This document shows positions 26,929-39,078 of a stretch of 64,000 nt of DNA, in pieces (the stretch's first letter is position 1; each line of letters begins with the position of its first letter). Origin of the DNA: an uncultured delta proteobacterium (lineage in GTDB: Bacteria > Myxococcota > Myxococcia > Myxococcales > Anaeromyxobacteraceae); assembly GCA_963766715.1 (NCBI GenBank), contig CAVYBH010000001.1, positions 232,245-296,244 of the forward strand, read 5' to 3'. The notes beneath the pieces were generated by a model, which was not told where the DNA came from, searched no databases, and saw nothing but the letters and a program-made list of their open reading frames with translations. A program made the translations under genes and the position numbers.

Positions 26929-27975
26929 ATGAACGACGACGCCCTGTTGACCATCGCCATCCCGACGCGAAACCGCTGCGAGGCCCTGGGCAGGGTACTC
27001 GCCGAGACGTGCGAGCGGATTGGCGAGGAGGCCGTCCAGGGGAAGGTCCGGGTGCTGGTCTTCGACGACTGCTCGACGGATGAAACGGAAGCGCGCATCG
27101 GGCCCCTGGCGCGCCAGCATGGGATGGTGGAATACGTCCGCAGCGACGCGCGGGTCGGCTACGACGTGGGATTGCTGCGCTGCCTGCAGCTGGCTTCCAC
27201 CAAGTACGTCTGGACGATGAATGATCACAGTTCCATCCTCCCCGGCGTCCTGCCCGCGATCTTGCGGGAGCTGAGCGACGATCTCCTGTACGTCTACGCG
27301 CCGCAGAAGGGAGAGCTGGGGATGTCCCAGGGGGTGCATTCCGTCTCGAGGGAAGCCCTTGGGTTCGTCAACATGTCCATCAACACGAACATCTACAACA
27401 GGGCACGGCTCATCCCCTACTATCAAAAGCACCTGCCGGCCTACGACGGGTCCTGGCTGGTCTTCCACGTGGCGAACCTGGACCTCCTGTACGAGACCCC
27501 GCAGCCGGAGGTTCGCCTCCTGCCCTTCGAATGCAGCGAGTACGGAAGGCACATGGGCAAGGAGCGGGCGAGGAACAGCTGGAGCACCAACCGCGAGCAG
27601 TACGTGCGGACCGGCTACCTCGGGGCGAAAATCCTGGCGGAGATGAAGACGAGGCATTCCATCAGCGACGAGGTGTACGAGCGCGTCTTCGATCGCCGGG
27701 ACTGGGGGCTCGACGCCTGCATCGCGCACTATCGTCTCAGGACACGAGACACGTCCGGCAGGCGATTCGATTCCGGCGTGATCGAGGCGGTGGCGACGCA
27801 CCCCACGTACAATCCGGTGGAGCGATCGCTGATTCGAGGCTGCCTCGGCGGGCCGAGCTGGCAGATCCCTTGCTACGCCGTGGCACTGGCGGCCTACACG
27901 CTACTCGCCGACCCCCGGCGGGTGGTAGGCGCCCTGCGGCGCCTCGCCGCCCCACGGCCGGCTGCGAAGGCATGA
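26929..27975 (+). CDS. Glycosyltransferase family 2
   Basis: LTIAIPTRNR, VFDDCSTDET, YVWTMND. Confidence 0.82.
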   Translation: MNDDALLTIAIPTRNRCEALGRVLAETCERIGEEAVQGKVRVLVFDDCSTDETEARIGPLARQHGMVEYVRSDARVGYDVGLLRCLQLASTKYVWTMNDHSSILPGVLPAILRELSDDLLYVYAPQKGELGMSQGVHSVSREALGFVNMSINTNIYNRARLIPYYQKHLPAYDGSWLVFHVANLDLLYETPQPEVRLLPFECSEYGRHMGKERARNSWSTNREQYVRTGYLGAKILAEMKTRHSISDEVYERVFDRRDWGLDACIAHYRLRTRDTSGRRFDSGVIEAVATHPTYNPVERSLIRGCLGGPSWQIPCYAVALAAYTLLADPRRVVGALRRLAAPRPAAKA

Positions 27976-28027
27976 CGGAGGCGGGTCGCCGCGTTTCGCC
28001 TCCCGGAGACGATCGAGCGCTTCCCCG

Positions 28028-29408
28028 ATGATCGAATACCTCTTCACCTCCTGTGCACTGATCCTGCTGAGCACCGCCATGCTGGGTGTGGCCTACCTCG
28101 CCTGGCAGGACGCGAGGTCCACGTTCCCGGTGCCGGTCGTGGCGGATCTCGTCTTCTACTTCGTCTTCACGAAGATCGCGCTCTACTACCTGCTCCCGGG
28201 GGCGATGCGGATTGGAAGCAACTTCCAGTTCGAGCGCGAGGACGGCGTCGCCCTCCTCGATGTCGCGAGGGTGTACCTCATCGAGCTGCGTGTCCTGGGC
28301 CGTCTGGGCGATCGTGTTGACCCGGATGTTCGCCATCCTCGGCAAGCAAAGGCCGAAGCTGCCCCTGGAGGAGTTCTTGCGCTTCCGGAAGGGAGAAACG
28401 AAGGCGCTCGCCCTCGTGATCGCGTGCGGATTCATCTTGAACCAGTTCTACCTGGTCACGCTTACGGAACCCGGAATGCTGTTCGCAGCCTTTCAGCCGC
28501 TCTTCTTCTACGCGGGCCTGGCGACGGGCCCGTTCCTGATGGTCCTGTCGCTCCGGTACTACGGCAAGGCCTACTTCGCGGCTGGCCTGTTCGCCTCCAT
28601 GTTCAGCCTGGTCTCGCTGTCGACCCGCGGGGCAATCGTCTACCTGCTCCTGCTGTGCCTCTTTCTGGTCTGGGTCGTCCTGCGGGACCGGAGGTCGAAG
28701 GTCATCGTGGTCGGGGCAGCAGGTGGCCTTGCGCTGGGATACTTCGCACTCGGCGGTCTGGTCTCCGGATTGGTGGTCGTCGACGATTCGGGCAGCATGG
28801 CCATCGACGCCGGCGTGGGGGTGGACAAGAGCGGTACCCGCACCGCGCTCGAGGAGATCGAGTGGCGGTTCGGTGCCTCCACCCGAATCGGCACCGCCTT
28901 CCTCGGACTTCACGACCGGGGAGAGGCGGCGGGCATCAATCCAATCAAGCACTCGCTCATGGGATTCCTGCCCCGATCGATCGCTCCGGACAAGCCCATT
29001 CCCAGCACGCTGGATCCGGATGACATCTACTCGATGGGAATGTACGTCATCTCCCGGGAGATCTACGGATACGACACCTTCTCGATGGTCGAGTTCCCCA
29101 CGGGCGCACACTTCTACTGGGAATTCGGGGTGCTGGGCGTGATCCTGCTGAGTGCCGTGTCCGGGCTGTACGTCGCCGTCTGCGCGCAGGCGTTCTCGAA
29201 GCTCGGGATGATTGCCCTTCCGCTCCTGGTGGCGATCTTCAAGCCGTGGGGATATGTGGATCCCAAGATCTGGGTCTCCGACATTGCGCTGCAGCTCTAC
29301 CAGGTCATCTTGCCGCTCATTCTCCTGCTGCTCATCACGGGGGCCGTGCGATACGTGGCGAAGAACGTGAGAGTGACGTTCAACGGCGACGCGGGTGCGC
29401 TGAAGTGA
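28028..29408 (+). CDS. Multi-pass membrane protein, probable Wzy polymerase (frameshift near 28285)
   Basis: About 11 TM segments, STRG motif, large loop MGFLPRSIAPDKP, FYWEFGVLG; located beside wzx and GTs. Confidence 0.65.
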
Positions 29409-30376
29409 GTCGGCAAGAGGTCGTCGTGCGAATCGCTGGAGGGCTGGGGAACCAGCTCTTCCAGTACGCGATGGGGCGCGCCCTCTCGATTCGAACTGGG
29501 ATCCCGCTGGTCCTGGACCACCTGTCGGGATTTCCGCGCGACATCTTCAGGCGAACGTTCCTCCTCGACAGGTTCCAGGTGCAGTGCGATTACGTGCCGG
29601 CCTCCGCGAGCTTCGCGACGCTATCGGGAAGGCTGCGACGCCGCGCGCGCCTGCTGGCGAACCGGGCACTCCCGCTGGACCGGAGGACCTACCTGCTGGA
29701 GCCGGACAGCCTGCGGATGTATCCGGAGATTGCAGCCTTGCGGCCAGGGCGAACCGTGTACCTCGAGGGGTACTGGCAGTTCGAGGACTACTTCCGGGAT
29801 GTCGCGCCGCAGATCAGGAAGGACGTCAGGCTGCGCGTCGAGCACGACCCCTTGAACGTCGAGTGGGCCAGCCGGATCAGGGACGTGAACGCCGTTTGCC
29901 TGCACGTTCGACGACTGCGTGGCGTCCCGAGGGTCCAGGCGCATCCCCTGGCGGAGAGCAGCCCCGAGTTGCGCGTGGACGATTCCTATTACCAGAGGGC
30001 GCTCCAAAGGATTGCGGAACGAGTCGAGAAGCCGCACTTCTTCGTGTTCGCGGACCATCCGGACTGGGCCCGAGACAACATCCGTTCCCCATTTCCCCTG
30101 GAGTTCGTCACGCACAACGGAGCGGCCAAGGACTACGAGGACCTCTGGCTGATGAGCCAGTGCAGGCACTTCATCATCGCAAACAGCTCCTTCAGCTGGT
30201 GGGGAGCCTGGCTCGGGGAGCACCCCGGCAAGGTGGTCGTGGCGCCGAGGAACGTGGTGGGGCTGACGAGCGTGCCGAGTGAGTGGGAATCGATCTCAGG
30301 AGCGCGGACCGGACGCCAGGTCACGCGAGCGTGTCGCCCGGGAGGCGACGGGGCTGCTCACCGGAGGGGAGGATGA
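29405..30376 (+). CDS. Alpha-1,2-fucosyltransferase-like (GT11)
   Basis: GGLGNQLFQYA, YLEGYWQ, LHVRR, IIANSSFSWWGAWL. Confidence 0.92.
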   Translation: MSRQEVVVRIAGGLGNQLFQYAMGRALSIRTGIPLVLDHLSGFPRDIFRRTFLLDRFQVQCDYVPASASFATLSGRLRRRARLLANRALPLDRRTYLLEPDSLRMYPEIAALRPGRTVYLEGYWQFEDYFRDVAPQIRKDVRLRVEHDPLNVEWASRIRDVNAVCLHVRRLRGVPRVQAHPLAESSPELRVDDSYYQRALQRIAERVEKPHFFVFADHPDWARDNIRSPFPLEFVTHNGAAKDYEDLWLMSQCRHFIIANSSFSWWGAWLGEHPGKVVVAPRNVVGLTSVPSEWESISGARTGRQVTRACRPGGDGAAHRRGG

Positions 30377-30380
30377 AATC

Positions 30381-31349
30381 TTGGCAATTCTAGTCACCGG
30401 GGCCGCCGGCTTCATCGGGTCCAATCTCTCGAGAATCGTTCCTGGGTCAGGGCAAGAGGGTCGTGGGACTCGACGACCTTTCCCTCGGTCGCCTCTCGAA
30501 TCTCGGCGACGTGCTTGGCCACGCCGGATTCGACTTCGCGCAGGTGGACCTCTCCAATCCCGGAGCCTTCAGGGAAGCGCTGACGGCGGCCACCAGAGTG
30601 GAACCCCATCACCGAGGTCTGGCACATGGCGGCGAACTCGGACATCCAGGCCGGGGTCGTCGACCCGCAGGTCGACCTGCGCAACACCTTCCTGACGACC
30701 TTTCACACGCTCCAGATGATGAAGGAGCTGGGCATCGGCGTGCTCGCCTTTGCGTCCTCGTCCGCCATATATGGAAACCACGGAACCGCCACGCTGTCCG
30801 AGGACACCGGGCCGCTATTCCCCATATCGAGCTACGGCGCCATGAAGCTCGCGTCGGAGGCGACGATAAGCGCTGCGGTCGAGAGCTTCCTCGACCGCGC
30901 CTACATCTTCCGCTTTCCGAACGTGATCGGCGTGCCGGCGACGCATGGCGTGATGCTGGACTTCGTCCGGAAGCTGAAGGCCACCCCTGGGAGGCTCGAG
31001 GTCCTGGGCGACGGCACCCAGCGCAAGAGCTACCTTCACGTCGAGGAGCTCATCGACGCGATGTTCTTCGTGCGCGAGAAGGCCTGCGACGAGATCAACT
31101 GCTTCAACATCGGCGCCGACGACGACGGCGTGACGGTACGCGAAATCGCCGAGAGGGTCGTGCGTGAAGTCGTCGCCTTCCGCCTCGATCGCCTACGGCC
31201 AGGGCAACAAAGGCTGGGTGGGGGACGTGCCGACGTTCAAGTATTCCCTGGAGAAGCTGAGAAGGCTGGGGTGGCAGCCCAGGCTCGGCTCGGCAGAGGC
31301 CATCGGCCGGGCCGTGAAGCAGATCGCGGCACAGGAGTCGGAGAAGTGA
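30381..31349 (+). CDS. NAD-dependent epimerase/dehydratase (frameshifted)
   Basis: ILVTGAAGFIGSNL, HMAANSDI, YGAMKLASE, LGDGTQRKSY, GWVGDVP. Confidence 0.88.
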
Positions 31350-33313
31350 AGCAGGCCGTGATCCTCGCCGGCGGGAAGGGAACCCGCCTGCGGGAGAGGC
31401 TGGGCGACCTTCCGAAGCCCCTGGTCGACATCGGTGGGAAGCCCTTGCTCCAGCGACAGCTCGAGCTCCTGAGGAAGCACGGCTACACCCACGCGGTGCT
31501 GCTCGTGAGCCACTCCTACGAGAAGATCGTCGACTTCTGCGCCGCGCGTCGAGATGCCTGGGGCCTCTCCGTCGATTGTCTGAGGGACGATCAGCCGCTC
31601 GGTACCGCCGGAGCGGTCCTGGCCCAGCTGGAGCGTCTGGACGACGAGTTCCTCGTGATCTACGGGGACACCATGATGGACGTCGACCTGGGGCGATTCG
31701 AGGCGTTCCACCAATCCGAGGGCGGACGTCGCGGCAACCCTGTTCCTCCACCCGAACGATCACCCCGACGACTCCGACCTCGTGGAGATGGACGACCAAG
31801 GGAGGATCTCCGCCTTCCACCCCCATCCCCGCGACCCCGTGCGGTACTACGCCAACCTCGTCAACGCGGCGCTGTACGCGGTCAACCGCAGGGAGCTGGA
31901 GCCGTGGCGCCACCCGAAGGGCCCCGTCGACTTCGGCAAGGACCTCTTTCCGGCCATGCTCGACCGTGGGCGGATCCTGCTCGGCTATCCCAGCCCGGAG
32001 TACATCAAGGACTGCGGGACGCCTGGGCGGCTCGACAAGGTCCGTGCGCGACTTCACGTCCGGCCGCGGTGGCGCGCGCCAGCCTCGACGCTCCGCAGCA
32101 GAAGGCCGTCTTCCTCGATCGCGACGGCACGCTCAACCGTGAGGTGGGGCACCTCTCCCGGCACGACCAGTTCGAGCTGCTGCCAGGCGCGGACGAAGCC
32201 ATCAAGCGGCTGAACGGATCGGACTACAGCGACGATCGTCGTCACCAACCAGCCGGTCCTGGCACGAGGGGAGTGCACTCCCGGCGATGTGCAGGCAGGT
32301 CCACGCAAAGATGGACACGTTGCTCGGACGCGCGAGGTGCGTACGTCGACCGCCTCTATTACTGCCCTCACCATCCCGATCGAGGCTTCGTGGGCGAGGT
32401 GCCGGAACTCAAGATGCGACTGCGACTGCCGCAAGCCCCGTACCGGCATGGTGGACAGGGCCGCCAGGGATTTCAACCTCAACATTCGCGACTCCTGGCT
32501 CATCGGCGATTCGTCCGTGGACGTGCTGACGGCGAGCCGCGCGGGCCTGCGCTCCGTTCTCGTCCAGACCGGAAGCGCGGGCCTCGACGGCCGTCACCGG
32601 GTCGCACCCGACTTCGTCGCACCCGGACTTCTCGCCGCGGTGCAGTTCATCCTCGACGACCATCCCCGGTTGCTTGCCGAGTGCGCGCGGCTGGGCGCCG
32701 GAATCGGCGAGGGCGAGTTCGTGTTCGTGGGAGGGCTCTCGCGCAGCGGCAAGAGCACCTTCGCCCACTGCCTGCGCGACGCGCTCCGCGGCAGGGACCG
32801 GCCAGCCGTGATACTGTCCCTCGATCGCTGGATCCTGAGCGCGACCGAGCGAACGGAGACCGTCCTGGGCCGGTATGCCCAGAGCGAGATCCGGGCAATC
32901 CTGGCCAGGCTGGCCGCGAGAATCGAGCCCCGTGACCCTTGACCTGCCCTTCTACGATCAGAAGAATCGCATCCGCATGGAGAGCACGGAAAAGCCTGAT
33001 CGTCCACCAGGACGACGTGGTCATCGTCGACGGAACCATCGCCCTGTCCTTGCTCGACGCCGGTGCCGTCCCACCTCGCTCGAGGCTGGTTCGTCGACAT
33101 CGACGAGGACGAGCGCCACGCACGGGTGGTGGAGGAGTACAGGTTGCGGGGCTACAGCGCGTGACCAGGCGGAAGCCGTCTACCTGGAGAGGCAGCGGGA
33201 CGAGATCGCCGATCATCCAATCCTCGTCCAGGCTCGCGTCGGAGCGAATCCGCCTCGAGATGGGGCATGCCCGGCCGCCAGGATCACACCCGACGGCCGG
33301 GAGCGCCTCGTGA
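31346..33313 (+). CDS. Fusion of HddC-like nucleotidyltransferase, GmhB-like HAD-IIIA phosphatase and a P-loop kinase-like domain (frameshifted)
   Basis: AVILAGGKGTRL...PKPL; VFLDRDGTLN...YYCPHHP...CRKP...IGD; GGLSRSGKST...LSLDRW. Confidence 0.8.
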
Positions 33314-34320
33314 TCATCAGCCGTACGCCGCTCCGCATGAGCTTCGCCGGGGGCGGCAGCGACCTGCCCGTGCTTCTACCGCGAGCACGGCGGCGCCGTG
33401 GTCAGCACCGCCGATCGACAAGTACGTGTACGTCAACGTCAACCGGAAGTTCGACGACGGCATCCGGGTGGCCTACTCGCAAGAACGAGGAGGTCGCCAG
33501 CGTCCGCGAGATCGAGCACCGGCTGGTCCGCGCGGCGACTGGAGTACCTGCGGCATCGACGGCGGGATCGAGATCACGACGATCGCGGACATCCCGTCCA
33601 AGGGCACCGGGCTCGGATCCTCCAGCTCGTTCACGGTCGGCCTCCTGAACGCGCTTGATGCGCTTACATGGGGCGCTACGTGTCCGCAGGAGCAGCTCGG
33701 GCAGGGACAGCTGCCGGATCGAGATGGAGATCTGCGGCGAGCCGATCGGCAAGCAGGACCAGTACGCAGCCGCGTTCGGCGGCTTCAACCTCATCCAGTT
33801 CCAGCCCGACGACTCGGTCGTCGTCTCGCCCGATCATCTGCCGTCGAGAGCACGCTCCGGCAGGTCGAGCGCCAGACCCTGATGCTCTACACCGGCATCA
33901 CCCGCAGCGCGTCTGGCCTGCTGAAGGCAGCAGTCGGACGAGGTCGGCGCACAGGGCGGGAAGCAGCGACATCCTGAAGCGGATGGTGGAGCTGACGTAC
34001 ACCCTTGCGCGACGAGCTTCGCCGGGACAACGCCGACGCGATGGGACGAAATCCTCCACGAGAACTGGGAGCTCAAGAAGAGCATCACCAGCGGGATCAG
34101 CACCCCGGAGATCGACGAGTGGTACGCGAAGGCCCGGCGCGCCGGCGCCACGGGCGGCAAGATCCTCGGGGCCGGGGCCGGCGGGTTCCTCATGCTCTAT
34201 GCGCCCGAGCAGTCGCACGAGGGCATCAAGAAGGCGCTTCCCGGCTTGCGCCCAATCCCCATCAGCTTCGAGCCGCTCGGCAGCCGCATCATCTTCGTCA
34301 CCGAGACCGGAAGGAATTGA
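33310..34320 (+). CDS. hddA: GHMP kinase, D-glycero-D-manno-heptose 7-phosphate kinase-like (frameshifted)
   Basis: [48 protein letters not shown]. Confidence 0.88.
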
Positions 34321-34322
34321 CC

Positions 34323-34893
34323 ATGGAGTCCTTCTCCGGAAGTTCGTCCGCCTATTTCGCCCGACTGGGGGCCACGATCCAGGCGCTCGATTACCAGAGC
34401 CTCGACAGGGCGGTCGCGCTCGTCGCGAAGGCATGGCGCGACGGCCGGCAGGTGATCACGCTGGGGAACGGGGGCAGCTCCTTGACAGCCCTGCATTTCG
34501 TCAACGACTGGAACAAGAGCGTGGCTGCGCGGGGAGGGCGCCCATTTCGAGGGCGGAGCCTGGTCGACAACGTCGGCCTGATCATGGCGTATGCGAACGA
34601 CGTCAGCTTCCAGGACGTGTTCATCGAGCAACTCAAGAACATCCTGACACCCGGGGACCTCGTCATCGCAATCTCCGGGGAGCGGCAACTCGGAGAACGT
34701 GATCCGGGCGGTGGAGTACGCGAACTCCGCGGGCGCGGTCACGCTGGGATTGTGCGGCTACGACGGCGGCAGGCTGAAGGAGCGCGCGCATCACCAGGTG
34801 TGGGTGAACGTCCACGACATGCAACTCGCCGAGGACGTGCACGCCATGTTCGGCCACGTCGTCATGCAGGCCCTGTGCGGGGCGGTACCCTAG
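34323..34893 (+). CDS. gmhA: SIS-domain phosphoheptose isomerase (frameshift near 34680)
   Basis: GNGGS, AYANDVSF, AISGSGNSENVI after correction, QLAEDVH. Confidence 0.82.
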
Positions 34894-34906
34894 CGTCTCG
34901 GTGGGC

Positions 34907-35878
34907 CTAGGTCGCGGCAGGACGACGGAGCGCCCTCAGCTTCAGCCTGAGGCCGTAGCTCAGCGCGATGGCACGACGCGCCATGGCTTGCAGGACGTCG
35001 CCGAGGAACCGGCGTGGGCCGACCCTCCGATACAGGCGCCCGGCGTTCGAGAACCTCAGCCCGAGCGCCAGGTCCAGGAAGACGAAATTGGCGGCAGCCA
35101 TCGCGTCGGCGTCGGACAGGACGTCCTGGCCCATCACCTCGTCGAAGCACTGCTGGAGGAACACGCGGTTGTCGCGAAAGACGGAGTCGATCAGGAGCCG
35201 ATTCTGGCTCCGGATCAGCAGTTGCTTCTGGCGGGAGATGGAAGATCCGTGGACGCGATACTTGAGCAGTACCTCGTCGACGTTGACGGCCCTCGACCCG
35301 GAAAAGATCATCCGGGCCCACAAATCGAGGTCCTCGATCGCCTGGTACAGACCGTCCCCGTAGCGAAGCGAGCGGGTCCTCAGCGAGGCCGCCCTCATCG
35401 TGGTGCCCGAATGCGGGAACGGGGACCCCACGCAGAAGAAGAGGGCAATGGCGTGGTGAGTCCTGGGGACGGCCGAGAATCGAATCACGCGCTCCTGGGG
35501 GTCGACCTGCGCGAAGTGGGAGCCGCAGATGTCGGCGCGCTCGGCCTCCATCAGCGCCACCTGCCGGGCGAGCCGTTCCGGCAAGGAGACGTCGTCCGCG
35601 TCCATCCGCGCGAGAAAGGTCCCCTTCGCCGCCTCGACCCCCTCGTTCAGTGCACCGATCAGCGTGCCGCGTCGTCCCTTCAGGACCCGGATCCGGGGAT
35701 CGCGCGCCTGGTAGCGCTCGATGATGGCAAGGGAGTCATCGGTGGAGTCGTCGTAGACGATGAGGAACTCGAAATCCTGGACCGTCTGCCCCAATACGCT
35801 CTCGATGGCTTCGCCCAGGAAGGCCGCGCCGTTGTAGACGGGCATGATGACCGATACCAGTGGCGCCTGAGCCCGCAA
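34907..35878 (-). CDS. Glycosyltransferase family 2
   Basis: VSVIMPVYNG, DDSTDDS, ARMDADDVSLPERL. Confidence 0.92.
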   Translation of the reverse strand: MRAQAPLVSVIMPVYNGAAFLGEAIESVLGQTVQDFEFLIVYDDSTDDSLAIIERYQARDPRIRVLKGRRGTLIGALNEGVEAAKGTFLARMDADDVSLPERLARQVALMEAERADICGSHFAQVDPQERVIRFSAVPRTHHAIALFFCVGSPFPHSGTTMRAASLRTRSLRYGDGLYQAIEDLDLWARMIFSGSRAVNVDEVLLKYRVHGSSISRQKQLLIRSQNRLLIDSVFRDNRVFLQQCFDEVMGQDVLSDADAMAAANFVFLDLALGLRFSNAGRLYRRVGPRRFLGDVLQAMARRAIALSYGLRLKLRALRRPAAT

Positions 35879-35981
35879 GGTGGCTACTTTCGTAGTGGAT
35901 CGCGGGGGGCGAGTCCAGAGCGGACTGGCCGAGTCTCGCCGTGCGCCAGCCGGACGAAGATGCTATCTACGGCAGATTCGC

Positions 35982-36845
35982 ATGCGAATCCTCGTGGTGG
36001 GCGGCGACGGGATGCTCGGCCACCAGCTCGTGGAGAGCTGGGGCGGCCGGCACGAGGTCTGGGTCACGCTCCGCAAGGACGCAGTCGGCCTACGCGCGGG
36101 AGCCGCTCCGCGCCCCTCCTCGGGGTCGACGTCCGGCGGCTGGGCGGCGTCGTCGACGCGGTCGCCGCGGTTCGCCCGGAGGCCGTGGTGAACGCGGTGG
36201 GGATCGTCAAGCAGCGCCCCACGGCGAAGGAGTACGTCCCCAGCATCGAGGTGAACGCGCTCTTCCCGCACCAGCTCGCCCGCATCACCGCGGCGGCCGG
36301 CGCCCGGATGGTCCACCTCGAGCACCGACTGCGTCTTCTCCGGCGAGAAGGGCGCGCTACGTGGAGTGCGACCGGCCCGACCCGGTGGACCTCTACGGCC
36401 GACCAAGCTCCTCGGCGAGGTGTCCGAGGCGCCGAACTGCCTGACGCTCCGGACTTCCATCATCGGGCTGGAGCTCGGGACCGGGGCGGGCTCGTCGAGT
36501 GGTTCCTCGCCCAGCGCGGCCCGTCCAGGGCTTCCGCCGGGCCATCTACAGCGGCCTCACCACCGCCGAGATGGCCCGGGCCATCGAGCACTTCCTCGTC
36601 CACGACCCGGACCTGGCCGGCGTCTGGCACCTGGCCTCCGCGCCCATCGACAAGTTCACGCTGCTCGTGGGCTCCTGGCCCGGCTGCCCCGCGAGGCGTG
36701 GAGATCGCTCCCGACGACACCTTCACCTGCGACCGCAGCCTCGATCGGCGCGGCCTGCGGGCGCGGACCACCTACCGGGTGGCTCCTGGGACGCCATGCT
36801 GGACGAGCTGGCGAGTCCGTCCGTCGAAGGGAGAGAGAGACGTGA
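35982..36845 (+). CDS. RmlD-like sugar-nucleotide 4-reductase (QnlA/WbvR-like), frameshifted
   Basis: GGDGMLGH, VNAVGIVKQ, VNALFPHQLA, STDCVFSG, LRTSIIG. Confidence 0.82.
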
Positions 36846-37910
36846 TCCTCCAAGGCAAGCGGGTCCTGGTCACCGGCGGAACGGGGTCCATGGGCAAGAA
36901 GCTGGTCCGGAGGCTCCTCTCCGGGGAGATCGGCACGCCGGCCAAGGTCATCATCCTCTCGCGCGACGAGGCGAAGCAGCACGTCATGCGGCTCGCCTAC
37001 ATGAACCGCAGGCCACGACCGACGAGGTCATCTACGACAACTTCCAGCGCACCATCTCGTTCCGCATCGGCGACGTGCGCAGCTACGCCGACGTCTGCGG
37101 GGCCATGCGCGAGGCCGACATGGTGATCAACGCCGCCGCCATGAAGCAGGTGCCCACCTGCGAGTACTTCCCCGAGCAGGCCATCGCCACGAACTGCATC
37201 GGGCCCGGCCAACATCGTCCAGGCGCTGCGCGATCACGACTACCCGGTCGAGACCGTGGTGGGCGTCAGCACCGACAAGGCCTGCAAGCCGGTCAACGCC
37301 ATGGGCATGAGCAAGGCGATCCAGGAGCGCATCTTCATCGCGGCGAACATCGCCGTCCCGAAGACCCGCTTCATCTGCGTCCGCTACGGAAACGTGCTGG
37401 CCTCGCGCGGGTCGGTCATCCCGCTCTTCCTCGACCAGATCGCCCGCGGCGGCCCGGTGACGGTGACCGTGCCGGAGATGACCCGCTTCCTGCTCAGCCT
37501 CGACGTGGCGGTGGACACGGTCTTCGCCGCGCTGCGCACGGCCCGGGCCGGCGAGACGATCGTCCCGCGCGCCCCGGCGGCCACGGTGATGAACGTGGCC
37601 CGGGCCATGGTGGGCGACCGCGCCGTTCCCATCGAGGTCACAGGGATGCGCCCCGGCGAGAAGATGGACGAGATCATGGTCTCCGACGAGGAGGCGCGAC
37701 GGACCATCGCGCGCGGGGACTACTTCGCCATCCTGCCCATGCTCCCGGAGCTGATCCTGCACGAGGACCAGCGGGGCCTCGGTGCTCTCGAAGGAGTTCA
37801 GCTCCGGGGACGAGGTGCTCGATCTGGAGGGCACCCGGGCGCTCCTCCGCAAGCACGGCCTCATGCCCGACCAGGCGGCCGCGCTGGACGCCGGGGAGAT
37901 CCTGGCGTGA
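36842..37910 (+). CDS. UDP-GlcNAc 4,6-dehydratase/5-epimerase (FnlA/WbjB-like), frameshifted
   Basis: TGGTGSMG, SRDEAKQ, AAAMKQVPTCEYFP, STDKACKPVNAMGMSKA, RYGNVLASRGSVIP. Confidence 0.9.
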
Positions 37911-39059
37911 CGGGGCCGCCGGCGGCGGGAACGCCTCAAGGTGATGACCATCGTGGGCACCCGCCCGGAGGTCATCAAGCTCAGCCGGGTCATCGCCGCG
38001 CTCGATCGCCACACCGACCACGTCCTCGTCCACTCCGGCCAGAACTTCGACCCGAGCTGAACGAGGTCTTCTTCAGCGAGCTGGAGATCCCCCGGCCGCG
38101 CCACTACCTCGGCGTGGCGGCGGAGCGTCGCCGAGATGATCGCGCAGGTGATCGTGAAGAGCGACGAGGTCCTGGCCGCCGAGAGGCCCGACGCGCTGCT
38201 CCTCTACGGCGACACCAACACCTGCCTCGGCGTGCTCGCGGCCAAGCGGCGGAAGATCCCGGTGTTCCACATGGAGGCGGGCAACCGCTGCTTCGACCAG
38301 CGGGTGCCCGAGGAGATGAACCGCAAGATCGTGGACCACCTGAGCGACATCAACATGCCGCTCACCGAGCACGCCCGCCGCTACCTGCTCGCTGAGGGGC
38401 TGCGGCCGGAGACGGTCATCAAGACCGGCTCGACGATGCGCGAGGTGCTCGACCACTACGCGCCCGGGATCGCCGCGTCGCGGTCCTCGAGGAGCTGGGG
38501 CTCGCGCCGGGGGATACCTCCTCGTGAGCGTACACCGCGAGGAGAACGTGGACGACCCGGCCCGCTGGCCGGGATCCTGGAGACGCTGCAGCCGTCGCCC
38601 GGCGGTACGCCGGCGGGTGGTGGTCTCGACCCACCCCGCACCCGTATGCGGCTGGAGCGGCTGGCCGAGCGCACGAGGACCTCGAGGCCGAGGGGTGACG
38701 TTCCTGAAGCCGTTCGGGTTCTTCGACTACGCCAGCTCCAGCAGCGCGCCTTCTGCGTGATCTCCGACAGCGGCACCATCACCGAGGAGTCCGCCCTGCT
38801 CGGATTCCCCGCCGTCACCCTGCGCGAGGCGCACGAGCGCCCCGAGGGCATGGACGCGGGAACGCTGGTGATGAGCGGACTCGCGACCGAGAGGGTGTTG
38901 CAGGCCATCGACCTCGTGACGTCGCGGGCCGGGCGACGCGCCGGGATCCCGCCCGACTACCTGGAGCGCAACGTCTCCCGGAAGGTCGTCCAGATCATCC
39001 AGAGCTATACGGACTACGTGAACCGGACCGTATGGCGGAAGACCGCGTCGGAAGCCTAG
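37907..39059 (+). CDS. Non-hydrolysing UDP-HexNAc 2-epimerase (FnlC/QnlB-like), frameshifted
   Basis: MTIVGTRPEVIKLS, HMEAGNRCFDQRVPEEMNR, SDSGTITEES, HERPEG. Confidence 0.92.
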
Positions 39060-39078
39060 GCCGGGCCCGCCGGCGCCC

